Assembly (NCBI GenBank): GCA_013239625.1 | Contig: MU054391.1 | Coordinates: 2,013,130 to 2,077,129 of the forward strand | From: Lama guanicoe | Taxonomy: Eukaryota | DNA: 64,000 nucleotides | Direction of reading: 5' to 3' | In this document: positions 1 through 11,500 of the stretch, piece by piece | Layout of the letters: each line of letters opens with the position of its first letter | Position numbering within the stretch: position 1 is the first letter of the stretch | Program-made: the position numbers and the translations under genes | The notes under the pieces: generated by a model | What the model saw: only the letters and a program-made list of their open reading frames with translations | Told to the model about the DNA's origin: nothing | The model's database searches: none

Positions 1-1110
1 TCCACTCTTAAAAAAACTGGCTCTTACTTAAGCCACTGTTCTAACGGTGTCAGCAAAGCTGTGTGCGGTGGATTTACACATGTGCAAGTGTTGTTCCAGC
101 GCCCGGCTGTTTGCTGGTGAAAATTACTCTCTCCCTCTGAAGATTATTATAATAATCTTGGCTATCAGCGTAACTGGTGAAGATTCCCAATGTATCAAGC
201 TTACAATTCTCCATAATCAGCAGATTATCACTGGATGCTGTCCTGTCTCATCATGTAGGACCAAAAAGTGCTTAAGGCAAACACCAGGCAGGAAGAGCTT
301 TCTTTAAGGGGCAAATGATTAAACACCATACTCATCTCCAGTTGTTACCACTGCTTGAAATTATTCTTCCGTGCATGACTTCAGGCTTATGAAATGCTGC
401 CTAGAGCCTGTAACAGTCCCATCACTCGGATGCCTGGCTGGTAGGACAAAACGCAGTATAATGGTGTCTCCAGATACTTCACTAATAATCTTCTGAGAAG
501 CAATGCTGTGGCGGTGTCATTCCATTGTCTTCAAGCTTCTGTTTTTGTCTTCCTTCGCGAAGCTGGCTGCCAGTCCTACCGAGGCTCTTTGAAGTCCTGT
601 GCTTTCTCTTGACGCTTTGAAGGTTTGCTTCTGGTTTCCACGCTCAGCTCTGCCACGCCCGGGTTGTTTCTCTGTGCTTTTCCCACTGAGTCTCTTTGAC
701 TTTGTCCTGTTACCTTTCCACGTTTCCAGGAGATCCTTGGTCCTTATCTTGCCGACTGTTGCTTGGCCTCTGTTTTCTCTCTCTGAGACTTCAGTCTCAC
801 AGTGAGTGCGCCCCGCCGTCTTACCTGCCTCTCTTCTGTGAGCTTTCTTTTCTTCCGTGCTTCATTCTGCTGTTCATCTGGGGGCACTGACTACTTAGCT
901 GCCTTGGCGACCACATTTTCTTCTTCTACAGCATTTACTATGCAGTTACATTCACTCATTGGGGCTGTGGACTCAGATATCAAATATTTTAGATCTAGAT
1001 CATCACCTAGACACCTTTTTACAGATTCAGATTGTGTAGTTAAACAATTTCCTGTCTCTTGCGTCTTTGGTTCCTCTGTTCCAGTGCTTTTGAATGCATT
1101 ACTCATTGTT
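1..1110 (-). pseudogene. Possible decayed processed pseudogene fragment, parent gene not identified (runs off the left edge)
   Basis: The minus strand is purine-rich and translates to charged, protein-like stretches (MSNAFKSTGTEEPKTQ...EEENVVAKAAK*SVPPDEQQNEARKKRKLTEERQVRRRG...) broken by stops and frameshifts. It has no obvious introns, matches no repeat I recognise, and abuts an old L1 fragment at ~1115. Confidence 0.3.
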
Positions 1111-1114
1111 CTTT

Positions 1115-2005
1115 TTTCATTAACTCCAGTATTTTGATCATGTTGGGGGTCTTCTCCTGTTGTTTCTTTTTATCTTCTTCTCTCATTTTTATTTATCTTT
1201 GACTTGTCTCTGCACATTTAGTCATTTCCAGTTATATTGCGGACAATGACAAGAATGACAATGGCAAAGGTCTATGGAGACTCCGCTGATGATTGCCTTC
1301 AAATTTGACATCTTGCAGGAAGACATGTCTGTTTTCAGAAGAAGCCTGTATTCCTGCTTGGTTCCTCTGTCATCCAGGAATGGCCTTTCCAGGAGCCAAA
1401 GCTGAAGTCTCACCTCTGGATGCCCACTGTCAACAGGTGCCCCACTCCAGTCTTTGTTGTGGACCATCTCGTGTTAATTCAACACTCCCTGTAGGGTTTT
1501 TGCTCGCTCGTGCTTTGCTTTCACGACTGTTCCCCGAACATCGCTGAGTCCCAGGTGGTATGAGAGTGCAGGCGGTTTTAGTCTGCCATCCGAATCTCTT
1601 AGCCCAGCCCTCTGGTCCCTGTGCAGCCTCAGGACTCAGCAAATGTCTTTAGTGAAAACCAGGTAGATACTCGAGGTTTTCCAATGTGTCACTCAGGACC
1701 TGCTTGACTATTAACTCCTTGCTGGTTTCTCTTTTCACCAGCAACAGCCTTCTCTCTGGGCCAAACCCAAATCTCCAGCCCTGCTCAAGGCTGGCAAACA
1801 GCTCACAGGGGAAAGAGCGGGTGTCATGAGCTCACCTCCAAGTGGGTCTCCTTTCCTGTAAAATTTAGTCCATCGCTTCCTTGTGGTTTTCAAAGTCCTC
1901 TAAATGCCTTGAAAATGTTATCTCTTAAGATATAGTTTATCACCTTTTTCTGTATCAGCAGGAATGTTTGCCTGCTTCAACCTCCAACATGCGACCAGAA
2001 AGCGT
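1115..2005 (-). mobile_element. Ancient L1 (L1M-type) 5' UTR / pre-ORF1 fragment
   Basis: The reverse complement has motifs resembling old L1M 5' regions, e.g. 'aaagaaacaacaggagaagacccccaacatgatcaaaatactggagtta' and 'aaaccacaaggaagcgatggactaaatttt'. Confidence 0.55.
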
Positions 2006-3089
2006 GCTTTCCACATCATTGTATTTTAAGTGAGATATAAAAAATCATCCAGAGGAAACGACCAAGGGGGTAAAAGTGATTCCTCTGAGGCTATTTAAGG
2101 ACTGCTTGGGGGCAACAGCGCTGCTGTCTGAGTAGAGGTAAGCCGGGAATCGTCAGTGCCGGCCTGAAAATACTTGAAAGTTTGACACGGCAGAGAGGTT
2201 AGCCTTTTGTGTACAGCTTCAAATGATCAGAAGATACTGGAAGGAGACAGACTTCAGGTCTAAGTAAAGAGGTTTTTCTTTGAAATCTCAGATCTATGAG
2301 AAAACAAAAACGTGCTGTCTCTGGAGAGGACGCGTCTCCTCTTGTTGGGGGTGTACAGGCAGAGTGCGGGGTATTCTTTGGTGAGTGTGAGCTGACCTTG
2401 GGTGATTGGCCCCTTATGATTCCTCCTCACCTTGTGATGCTGTGAATGACTTCTGCGTTCTCTCCCACTGACAACGCTAATTTGCGTCTGTGCAGCAGTG
2501 ACCACGGTTACTACGTGTGTCGCATGGCTTGCGGGAAGCTTTTTTGGACTCTCATACCTTTGGCTAGTTTAAATTATTTATGTCAAAGCTAATAGTTCTC
2601 TCTCCACCAAATGAATTCTGTAGTGATATTTCTGTCTCAGTCTCAAGTTAAAAAAATGATCACTGCCTGAGCCTAAGTTGATAGCAATACATCACGGGCC
2701 TTCTTCTTATTATAGAAAAACATGCTTTTGGAATCAAAGTCCACTCTCAGTGGTTGAGCACCTACTCCGAGGAGAGAAAAGTGGTGATGTATTTTCGCAC
2801 TAGCTAAAGTCCTTGATACAGCAATTATGCTATTTGCCAGTGTAGGCTGTCAGGGCTATTAAAATGATCACATGTCGCATTCAGATTTCATCATTTTCAG
2901 AATAACTTATGCCTGGAAAAATTGCTCACTGGTTGAATTTTAGAATAATAAATGTGTCCTCTATGCAGAGATAAGAGCTCAAGTTTGCAATATATTTAAT
3001 TGCAAACTCCATTAGTGTTTCATTTAATAAACTCATTTATTAAAGGTATACAATAATAATAACAATGACATTAATACATGGTGACAACT

Positions 3090-3290
3090 GTGGCTTTTTA
3101 CTTTTCAGAGTCTTTTGACGAGGAGAATTAGGTCATATCACGTAGTTCTCTGAGGCAGGCCAGGTGATCAATAACGTTCCAATTTCGTAAATGAAAACCA
3201 GGGCCCTACTTGTTAATGCGCTTGCCCAGTGTCGCACGGCTGGGGGAAAACTGGTATTAACATTCAAGTTCCTTCTCCCTCAGTCCTTCT
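3090..3290 (-). mobile_element. MIR SINE fragment
   Basis: 'ccaatttcgtaaatgaaaaccagggcc...cttgcccagtgtcgcacggct' resembles the reverse complement of the MIR core. Confidence 0.6.
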
Positions 3291-5454
3291 GCCTTTTAAA
3301 ATTAATAGAGTATTTCCCATGAGCCCCCCGCCAACACAGAAGTCCTCAGGACTGAACCCGTTTATTGTGGGTTGACTCTAATGCAGGTGACTCACCTCCC
3401 CGTGGCCCCAGATAGGCGATCCGAGCCCCCTTCCAGCCTTTCCTTGGAGAGGCAGGGGCCTTCTTGAGAGGTTTGCTCGGGAAGAGGATTTCAACACCCG
3501 CCAGAGAAGAAGGCTTGACTAGAGAGAAATAAGACTCAACCGAGCGTCTCATTTATTCACTTTCGTTGAAGTGAAGATATTTGGGGGAGGTTTCATGACC
3601 AATGAAAACCCTTTTACTCCTTTTCTGGAGCCTTAGGGCTGACCCTGACCCTGACCCAAACGTGGGCCTTCTTCACACACTGTCTTGTCTAGGTCGTAGC
3701 TGTCATCACTGGGAGCAACTGCGAAATGACGAGGTGCTAACGACGCAGACGCTATCCGTGTGGTTGCTGTAAGTGGTGCAGTACCCCACGCCGGGGGAGA
3801 CTCCACTGCACCTTCCGAACACTTCCCCGGCGAGGAGTGCGGTGCCGAGCGGGCACCTCTGTCTCGGGAGCCGGCCGGGCTCTGCTCCCCCACCCGGTGC
3901 TCACCTCCTTCTCCTCCCCAAGCTTCCAGCTTGCGTCCAGCTCGCCTGAGTTCCGACAGCAGATGGAGACACTGGGGGTGGCCTTTGAAGAAGATACCGT
4001 CAGGTCCTTAGATTATAAAATGGTGAGGTGGTTCAAGCGTATTCTTAGGATTCCAGTCACGTGAGCATTCAGCCCTTTATTCTCAGACAGAGCTGAAGTA
4101 CACCTTTCCTGCGCCTTATACATAAATCTCAAAACATTCTCCAAAAAAGCTCATTGGATTCGTGGCGCGTCCCAATTTCCTCACGTGACGGGTGTCCACG
4201 GAGGCCCTGCCCTGGGCTCGGCGCCAGGTGTGTGCCGATCTGATGGGGGCTCTTCCTTTGGTCTTAAAGGCTGGCCTGGAGGACAGCTGGACACCTTTCC
4301 TACCACCAGGAAACCATGACGGGAGCCCAAACTCGGGCAAATGCTAAGTGAGGGGGAGAAAATGAGGGAGGAGGCGTGGCCCTTGAGCAAGACCGACAGG
4401 GTCAGCCTGAAATGCCGAGCCGAGCCGGTGCGGGTCAGAGGCAGACTCACGCTGCCCGTTGGGGCCACTCCCAGTCCCCGGCGCTGTGCCCATCACTTAG
4501 AGAAGCCCGTGTTTCCCTGTGAGTCACACCCACCTGTGCCTCAGCTCGCAGAGGCGCGCGCTCGCCCCAGAGTCACTCATTTCCAAAGTGTGGCTGGTGA
4601 AACCGAGGGCCGCCCGCCTCCCGGGCAGTCCAGCACCTCCGAGGAACCCGTTTCACAGATGTGCCCCCCGAGGGCTGACCACCACCTCCCCCGGTGCCTC
4701 GGCCTGAAGCCCACAGGACACCTGTGCTTCGGGAAGATGGGCGGAGTGGCATCCTTTAGGTTCATGCCTGAAAGTGTGCCTCTGCTGTGAGAACCGAGTT
4801 GTACCCCGGGTCCTGCACCCTCTTAACAAAGCTGTTTGCAAATGTCTAGAACACAGGGCTCAGGGGGATGCCTGGCTCCCCGCCGTCAGGGCTCCTCATA
4901 GCTCGGCCACGCTGCTTTGCTGGTTTCAGGGCCGTGAGACGAATGCTTTTGCTGGAAGCAGCAGCCACACTGGAAATATTTCAAGTGTTTCAGTGGCAGA
5001 AGAGCACAAACCACATTTTTTTAAAATTGTCACTTGAAATCCAGCACAGGGTGTTTTACTAATAGAGCCTCAGGTCTGAGTGCCAGCTTGTCACTCACCA
5101 TTACTGTGTGGCCTGAGGCCAGGCTGGCGGCTGCTCTGAGCTGCAGTGACCTCTTGTGTAAAGTGAGAGCAATAGGGGAGGTAAGACTGCCCTCTGAGCA
5201 CAATGAGCACCAGTCCTGGTGGCAACAGCAGTAGCCCACACAGGAGAGAGGACTCTGCTCCTGCAACGCAGTGCGTGTTTGTAACTGCGGATCCTCCACG
5301 GTCCCTCCAATGCGGCCAAATCCGGAGTTTTGCAGACTCTGTTTGCTTTGTAGCTTTGGGGTCAGGCACGCACGTAAGTGGACCAACCGTGTTAAACTTC
5401 GCAAAAAAAGAGAGAAAAAAATTCCTCTCCTTCAAATTTTCATTCTGAGCTCTC

Positions 5455-5546
5455 AGAATTGAAACCTAACTGGAATTTGACACAACACTGTAAAATGATT
5501 ATGAATCAATAAAAAAATTAAAAAAAAAAAAAGAATTGAAACCTAA
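5455..5546 (+). mobile_element. Extremely 5'-truncated L1 3' tail with poly(A) and a perfect 15-bp TSD
   Basis: AGAATTGAAACCTAA occurs at 5455-5469 and 5532-5546. It flanks 'ctggaatttgacacaacactgtaaaatgattatgaatcaataaaa' plus an A-tail, which resembles the L1 terminus at ~57385-57440. Confidence 0.85.
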
Positions 5547-8500
5547 ATAGGCCACGTGACACTGGCTTCAAGTGAAGAAGGATGAGAAACTCGCCTCTCA
5601 CGGAGATTTGGGAAGGCAAATGGTGCAGGACAGAGGTGTCAAACCACAGCAGCTGGCACCGCAGCACTAGGGGCACCTCGAGCACCGCTGGCTGCGGTGT
5701 GTTCGGGAGGGGAATGCAACAGGAGGGAAGAAACAAGTGGTCTTAATACCCACCAGGCCGAGACACCCGGGACCTGTTCTGTGGGGACAAACCCAGAACC
5801 AGGTGGGGACGGGTCCCTGTTGTGGAGTTAGCAGTCTGTACAACCGCTAGACTGAGTGGAGGAGCAGTGGTTAAATCTGAAACCGTCAAGGAGCCTTGGA
5901 GGGCGTGACCTTGACTACAGCACAGAAAGGGCCGCCATGGACCCCCTCCCCGCTTCAGCGGCTGTAAAGGTTTATTAGGGATGGAAGTGAGTGCCGGTGT
6001 CCGCTCGGCCTCCACGGAGCCAGGCGTTCAAGGACAGGCTACCTGTCCGTCTTGCAGGGGCTGTTTCTGCCAAACACTGTGTGAAAGTGATCTGCAAAGT
6101 CTCCTTCAGTCGTGACTAAAGCACTTGCTTATTTTTTTGATACATCACGTTTCTTAATAGTGGCTGGTTTTCGTTTTTTTTTTTTTGTTGTTGTTGTTCT
6201 TTTCCTTTCAGGCCTTTTGAAAATACAGGTCAGTTCTTCACAGGACAATTCGACACACACTTTGTAAAGCAATGAATACCAAGTCACATGCACTTCAAGG
6301 ATATTTTGATAGTCAGTATTTTTTCAGAGTTTTGTTGCCCGAAACTGAGAGTCACCCCCGGGTCACCCTAGGCCTTCTTTGTTTGCTGTGTTACTATGTC
6401 CCGGACAACACTCTCCAGCACAGGGATTAACTCGTACAGTTGGGCTAAGTTTGAACAAGGACTTAATTTAATTACAGAGTATGAGACGTCACTGGCTCCT
6501 CACGGAGGAGACGGTTGCTGAAGATTTCAGAAAAAATTGATACATTCTGTAATTTTTCATGTGCTTTGAATCTATTGAGTTCTCCATGTGTTTGAAATAA
6601 TAAAACCAACTTAATTTTTCTCCATATGAGAAACTTCCTACAAGTTTACACAGTTATGGCTTATTTTATGTCTTTATGGAATTTAGAATCTCCATGCCTG
6701 TCTTTTTGCCTCTTTGTGCTCCGAACTGGAATGACTCGAAGGCAACACCTCCTTACAGCGGTGCCTCACAGAGTCTGGACTCGATAAACAGCTGTCAATT
6801 TGAAGTAAATGTAAGCTTTCTGCTAAGACTTAGCTGCAATGCCAATCAAGAGAAAATGCTGGGTCTTTAGAAAATGGGTTTTAAAACATTTGAGTCTTGA
6901 CATTCTGTTTTGGAAGCAAAAGGAACCTTTGAGATCCTGGATGGCTTCAGACCTTCTCTGATCATTGTTGACTTTCTTGTGAAATGCACACAAATGGACA
7001 AAAGGAGAGTGACTTAGATGTGCAGGGGGGCCCAGAGCTCTGAGGGCGGGGGGGGGACCTCCAGGGCTGCTCAGGGCACAGTCTGAGAGCCATTATCTAG
7101 TCCCATCCCCTCGCTGTGTAGACGAGGGGTAACAGCCAGGGCAGAAGCTGCGTTCTCCACGTGGACCCAGTCGCGTTAGGGTTTCAGTCCCTTTCCGCTC
7201 AGCTGTGCGGGGGGTTCTCCAGCACCCTGACCCAGATGCGCCGCTGTGCCCCAGGTCTCTGAGTTTTCGACACATCCTCATTTTCCGAGTCCGCCCCAGG
7301 GATGGCGACTCCGTTAGGGGCTGTTGGCTGTAACGTTTAAATAGTGCAAGTTCAGTAACAGGAGAATGCTTTGTTCTTGAGATAAATTCCCCATTCACTA
7401 GAGAACGTGATACTGAGAATAGTTTTGCTGGAAATAACGGTAACTAGAAGCGTGTCTCACTTGACTGCTGGCGCGGTACCATTAGGGTTCTCTTCCCATC
7501 AAACGCTGTGTTTTTTTTTCCACTTTTGCTCTGAGATCACTTAAGTATCTCATCCCAGAAAAACCAGAACTGACGTTCCCACCTGAGCCTGGCCCTGTGC
7601 TGGGTACAGTCGTATGCAAGGCCATCTAACCCGCCGCCGCCTACAGCCCTGGGAAGTTACCTCCACTGCTCATCTCGGCTTTGCCCGCTCAGAGTCGCCC
7701 TTCGCCCCGCTCACCCCGGCTCCTCGTCCTGGGAGGGTGACCTCCGCGGAGCGCCTCACGCGGGCAGGCTCGCTGGACTAGTGAGCTCTGTTGATTTCTG
7801 CTAGTGACGGTCCCCGTGAGCCGTCAGGGAGGGGGTGGTCGTGGCCTCCACCCCTCCAAGTTGCCCACCCGGGGCCAGTCTCCCTGTGCCCTGGCAGCTC
7901 ATCCCCCTCCCGCCCTAACTTCTCGGTCTTGGTTGTAACTCCTTTGTTCCCAAATCCCTGCGGTGCCTCAATGCCTCCTCCCTCTGCTAAAGACATTCCT
8001 TCAGCAAAGTCTCCACTTACTGCCTCTGGAGTGAGCGATAGCCCATGGATCCAACAGGACACAATAAGATGCAGTGTTCGTGTCTCAGGTGCCTTCAGAG
8101 TGTTGACTGATGCAGCATCACCACTTCAATTTTGCAGAGGACTGTCCCAGGATTCGCTGTACCACTCACAGTGTAGGGCCCTTCGTTTATATGGGACACT
8201 TCCAAGGTTCCAGGGCCCTTATAAGGACCCCACAGGGGTTCTCGCCACCATAGACTCTTACGAAATGTGCAGACAGTAGGCCTGGTCGCACGATCTTCAT
8301 CCCTTTGCTCTCACACTTGCCCCGTGTCACACTTTCTGGGCTGGCTTGAGCTGGGATGGCGGGGGACCTTTTTGACACTTGGCTCAGGAGAAGTCGTGCG
8401 GGCTGTGTTTCACGAGCTCTAGTGAGATGTGTTTACGTGGCCGCAGTCACTGCCACGTATCATTGTTTCTAGTCTTCCCCGAGCGGGAATACCTTCCGGG

Positions 8501-11500
8501 AAGGCAACCACCACCCCACTGTTTCAACTCACGCAGAGATTTTCTTGAAATAAAAATGTGTCCCCAGCCACGTGGCTGTAGACACAGGAACCTGGCAGAG
8601 GAGAAACAAGATTTGACCTGAACAAAGCCAGAAACACGTCTGTGGAAACTTCTAAGTATCAGTGATGAGAACTGTAAGATTTGCTGCCTAACAACCCGTA
8701 ACCAAAACGGAAGTGCTTGGCTCCCCAGAAACATTTTTTATAACACACTGTGTGCAGTTTTAAATACGTACTAGTTTTATGAGAATTGTGTAAAATAGGA
8801 TTTATAAGAATTCCAGTGTTTATAGGGCACAGACATGTACAACGCATGGAGAGAACTTTGATGGTCGGCTAGACTGGACTGACATCATAAATCTTGACAT
8901 GGCGCTAAGAAAAATTAAAATATGAATCAGAAAGAAGTATAAAAATGTTAAGTTTACAATTTTACAGTCTAAATTATCAACCAAATATTCAGTTAGTCAA
9001 TCAAGGGAAGACTTAATAATCTATAACATAGAAAGAATTGTCTTTTTATTTTTCTGCTTAGCATATCTGTAGAAAATACCATAAGCTTATTTTCACATGA
9101 AAAGGCATTCAAACTACTCAGCCAAAAAGCAGAGGAGGGGGGAAGCATAATAGAGGTGAACTAAGTACTTAATTAGTAATAAAATTTTTTTCTAAGTTGT
9201 ATTTGTCAACTTTTTAAACTTTGTAATTTGTTGTGGTTTTTTTTTCATTCAAAATAAATATTCATCCTTGCACTTAATTTAGCACTTTGCTTTCTTTCTT
9301 CAAAGATGGTCCCTAAACCCTGCAAGGAGCCTCGTGCGCCCGCCGTGAGCGTGTGCAACACAGGGAGTCGTTACAGCAGAGCTGGGCTCACACGCTGGTC
9401 TTTGTGCTACAGCGGATGATTCTTCTAGTATAATACTCAACCCTTCTGCCTGGGTTGGGCCCCTTCAGAAATGGACTCTGGCACAAGGACTCAAGCACAA
9501 TTAATTTGGAAGGTCACCCCAGGAAGGAAATGAAGGAAAGGGGATGGGTCACGGCTGTGGCTGACAAGACGCCATTCCACTTTGGTGACTCGGCACAGCG
9601 TGGACTGTCGCCAAGTCCATGGTGGGGCTGCCATATTTACCTCCAACCACCCTCCACCACTTGTGAACGGTGGCTGCTCTCAGGACACCGATCCCCAAGC
9701 ATTTCCAAGCTACCCATCCCAGGCCAAGCAGGCTCCAGTGGCCAAGCCAGACCTGGGCAGGTGGGGTCCCAGGTTTGTGTCTGCAGCAGTGGGAAGGGGG
9801 TGAGTGCAAGGGAAGGTGGGCAGAGCACTGCTAGGAGATGACGAGGGTCCCTTTGCTTAGTTTTTTTTTTTTCACTCTAGTCCTGTAAAGAACTGTAACA
9901 CTTAATTTTGAATTAACAAAGAATGATCACATACCTTATGTTTTTACACTGAAAAGACGTTATTTCAGCCTTGAGACCATCTTTGTGTCTTTTCAAATGC
10001 ATTTTGTTGGTCTGATTCTCACATACAATCAAGTTGAATCTAGCTGATGATACCCATTAAAGAGCCTCCCACTGAATATCACCACCACCCAGAAAAGCAG
10101 GGACGCTGGACACAGGGAGGCCAGATGTGCATACGATCAATACCTTCTTGCTGCAAAACGAAGAGAAATGTGCACAGCCCTGGCCTTCAGGAGCTGTCAG
10201 GCTTCTGTATTTTTCATACACTTTGCTGTCACCTCATTTCCATGACTTTGAAAACATTGCTCTAGCCAATATCTATGCCATATGAGATAAGTAGATGTAT
10301 TTTATCTGTAATATGAATTCCAATATGTCGTGTCTGAATTACTTTTGAGTCCTTCAAGATAGGCATCATTTCTGTGATCAGCAATCCACAATTATTTGAT
10401 AACTTGTTACTTGAAGATAAATATTTGTAACTGGATATCTGAAATGAAGCGCAGATACATGCTGGGGAATGGATTTTTAAAAACATCTGATTCAACAGAG
10501 ATGGAGGGAGCTGTTCTCTTAGCTGATAAGATACCCATCACAGCGTCCGCCCTGTGCTTATGGAAGGCAAGGGAGAGAGTTTTCTATTTATTAAAAAATG
10601 TAATACAGATCATCACTGGTTGAAATGCTTCCTTCTAGCTTTAAAAAAAAAAAAAGACGACTTTCCTAGGATAACCGCCAGGACCCATGGTTTGGGAAGC
10701 TGGTGACTGAAGCACTTTCTTGTTCAAAAAGCACCGTAACCGGATCTCAATGGAGAATTTTCAAGTGCGTATGGTCAAGTGGATTGGAAGCTCTTTTGTT
10801 TAAGGATCAACTGATTTTGATGGAGGAGGCAGGATGGTTTGTGCCTACAGTAGGAGACTAAAGAGTAGCCTGATTTTTTTTTTTCAGTTTTAAAATGGCT
10901 TAAGAGGTAAAGACCATCACGACTCAAAACTCTGGATGCAGAGATGCTTCCACACGGGATTTCCCACTGCACTCATGCTCACTCGTTTGCACGGACGGGC
11001 GGGGCAGGCCTTGGCGCCAGGGCGTGGGAGGAGAACCCATTCAGATACTAATTCTTTCAGTTCACAGAGAGAACGGTTTGCCAATATGTGTCATTATATC
11101 TTTTTTGAAGGGGAGTAACTATCACTTTGGACGCAGACGTTTGTCTGGGGTTGTCTTCCTGTGTTACTCTTGGTGTGTCCTTAGAACCGCGCGTGGACCT
11201 AATAAGTCCTCAGGATACTTGTTAAGTAAGTGAATAAGTTATTATTAAAATATAATGCAGCGTGGAAATCAGAAATGGCCTCAAATCCTAAAAGATGGAA
11301 AATAATTCAGTCTAACAGACATGCAAAATTCTAATGAAACTGCAACACATCACACATTAAGGGACTCCTCAAGCAAAGGACACAGAGCTCAAGTCATGGT
11401 CTAGGTGGATGAAATTTCTGCGGCTGACTTGAATTTTGGTCCACTTTTCTTGCTTTGAATCTAGCAGAGTCTTATAAATAAAACTAATAGCGAGAACCTT

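Noticed and set aside
600..1110. Fleeting similarity of the retrocopy-like segment to TERF1 or TAF1D, and of ~62330 to ACOT13 (LHGG)
   Set aside because: Only a few residues match and the DNA does not align convincingly, so no gene name was assigned.
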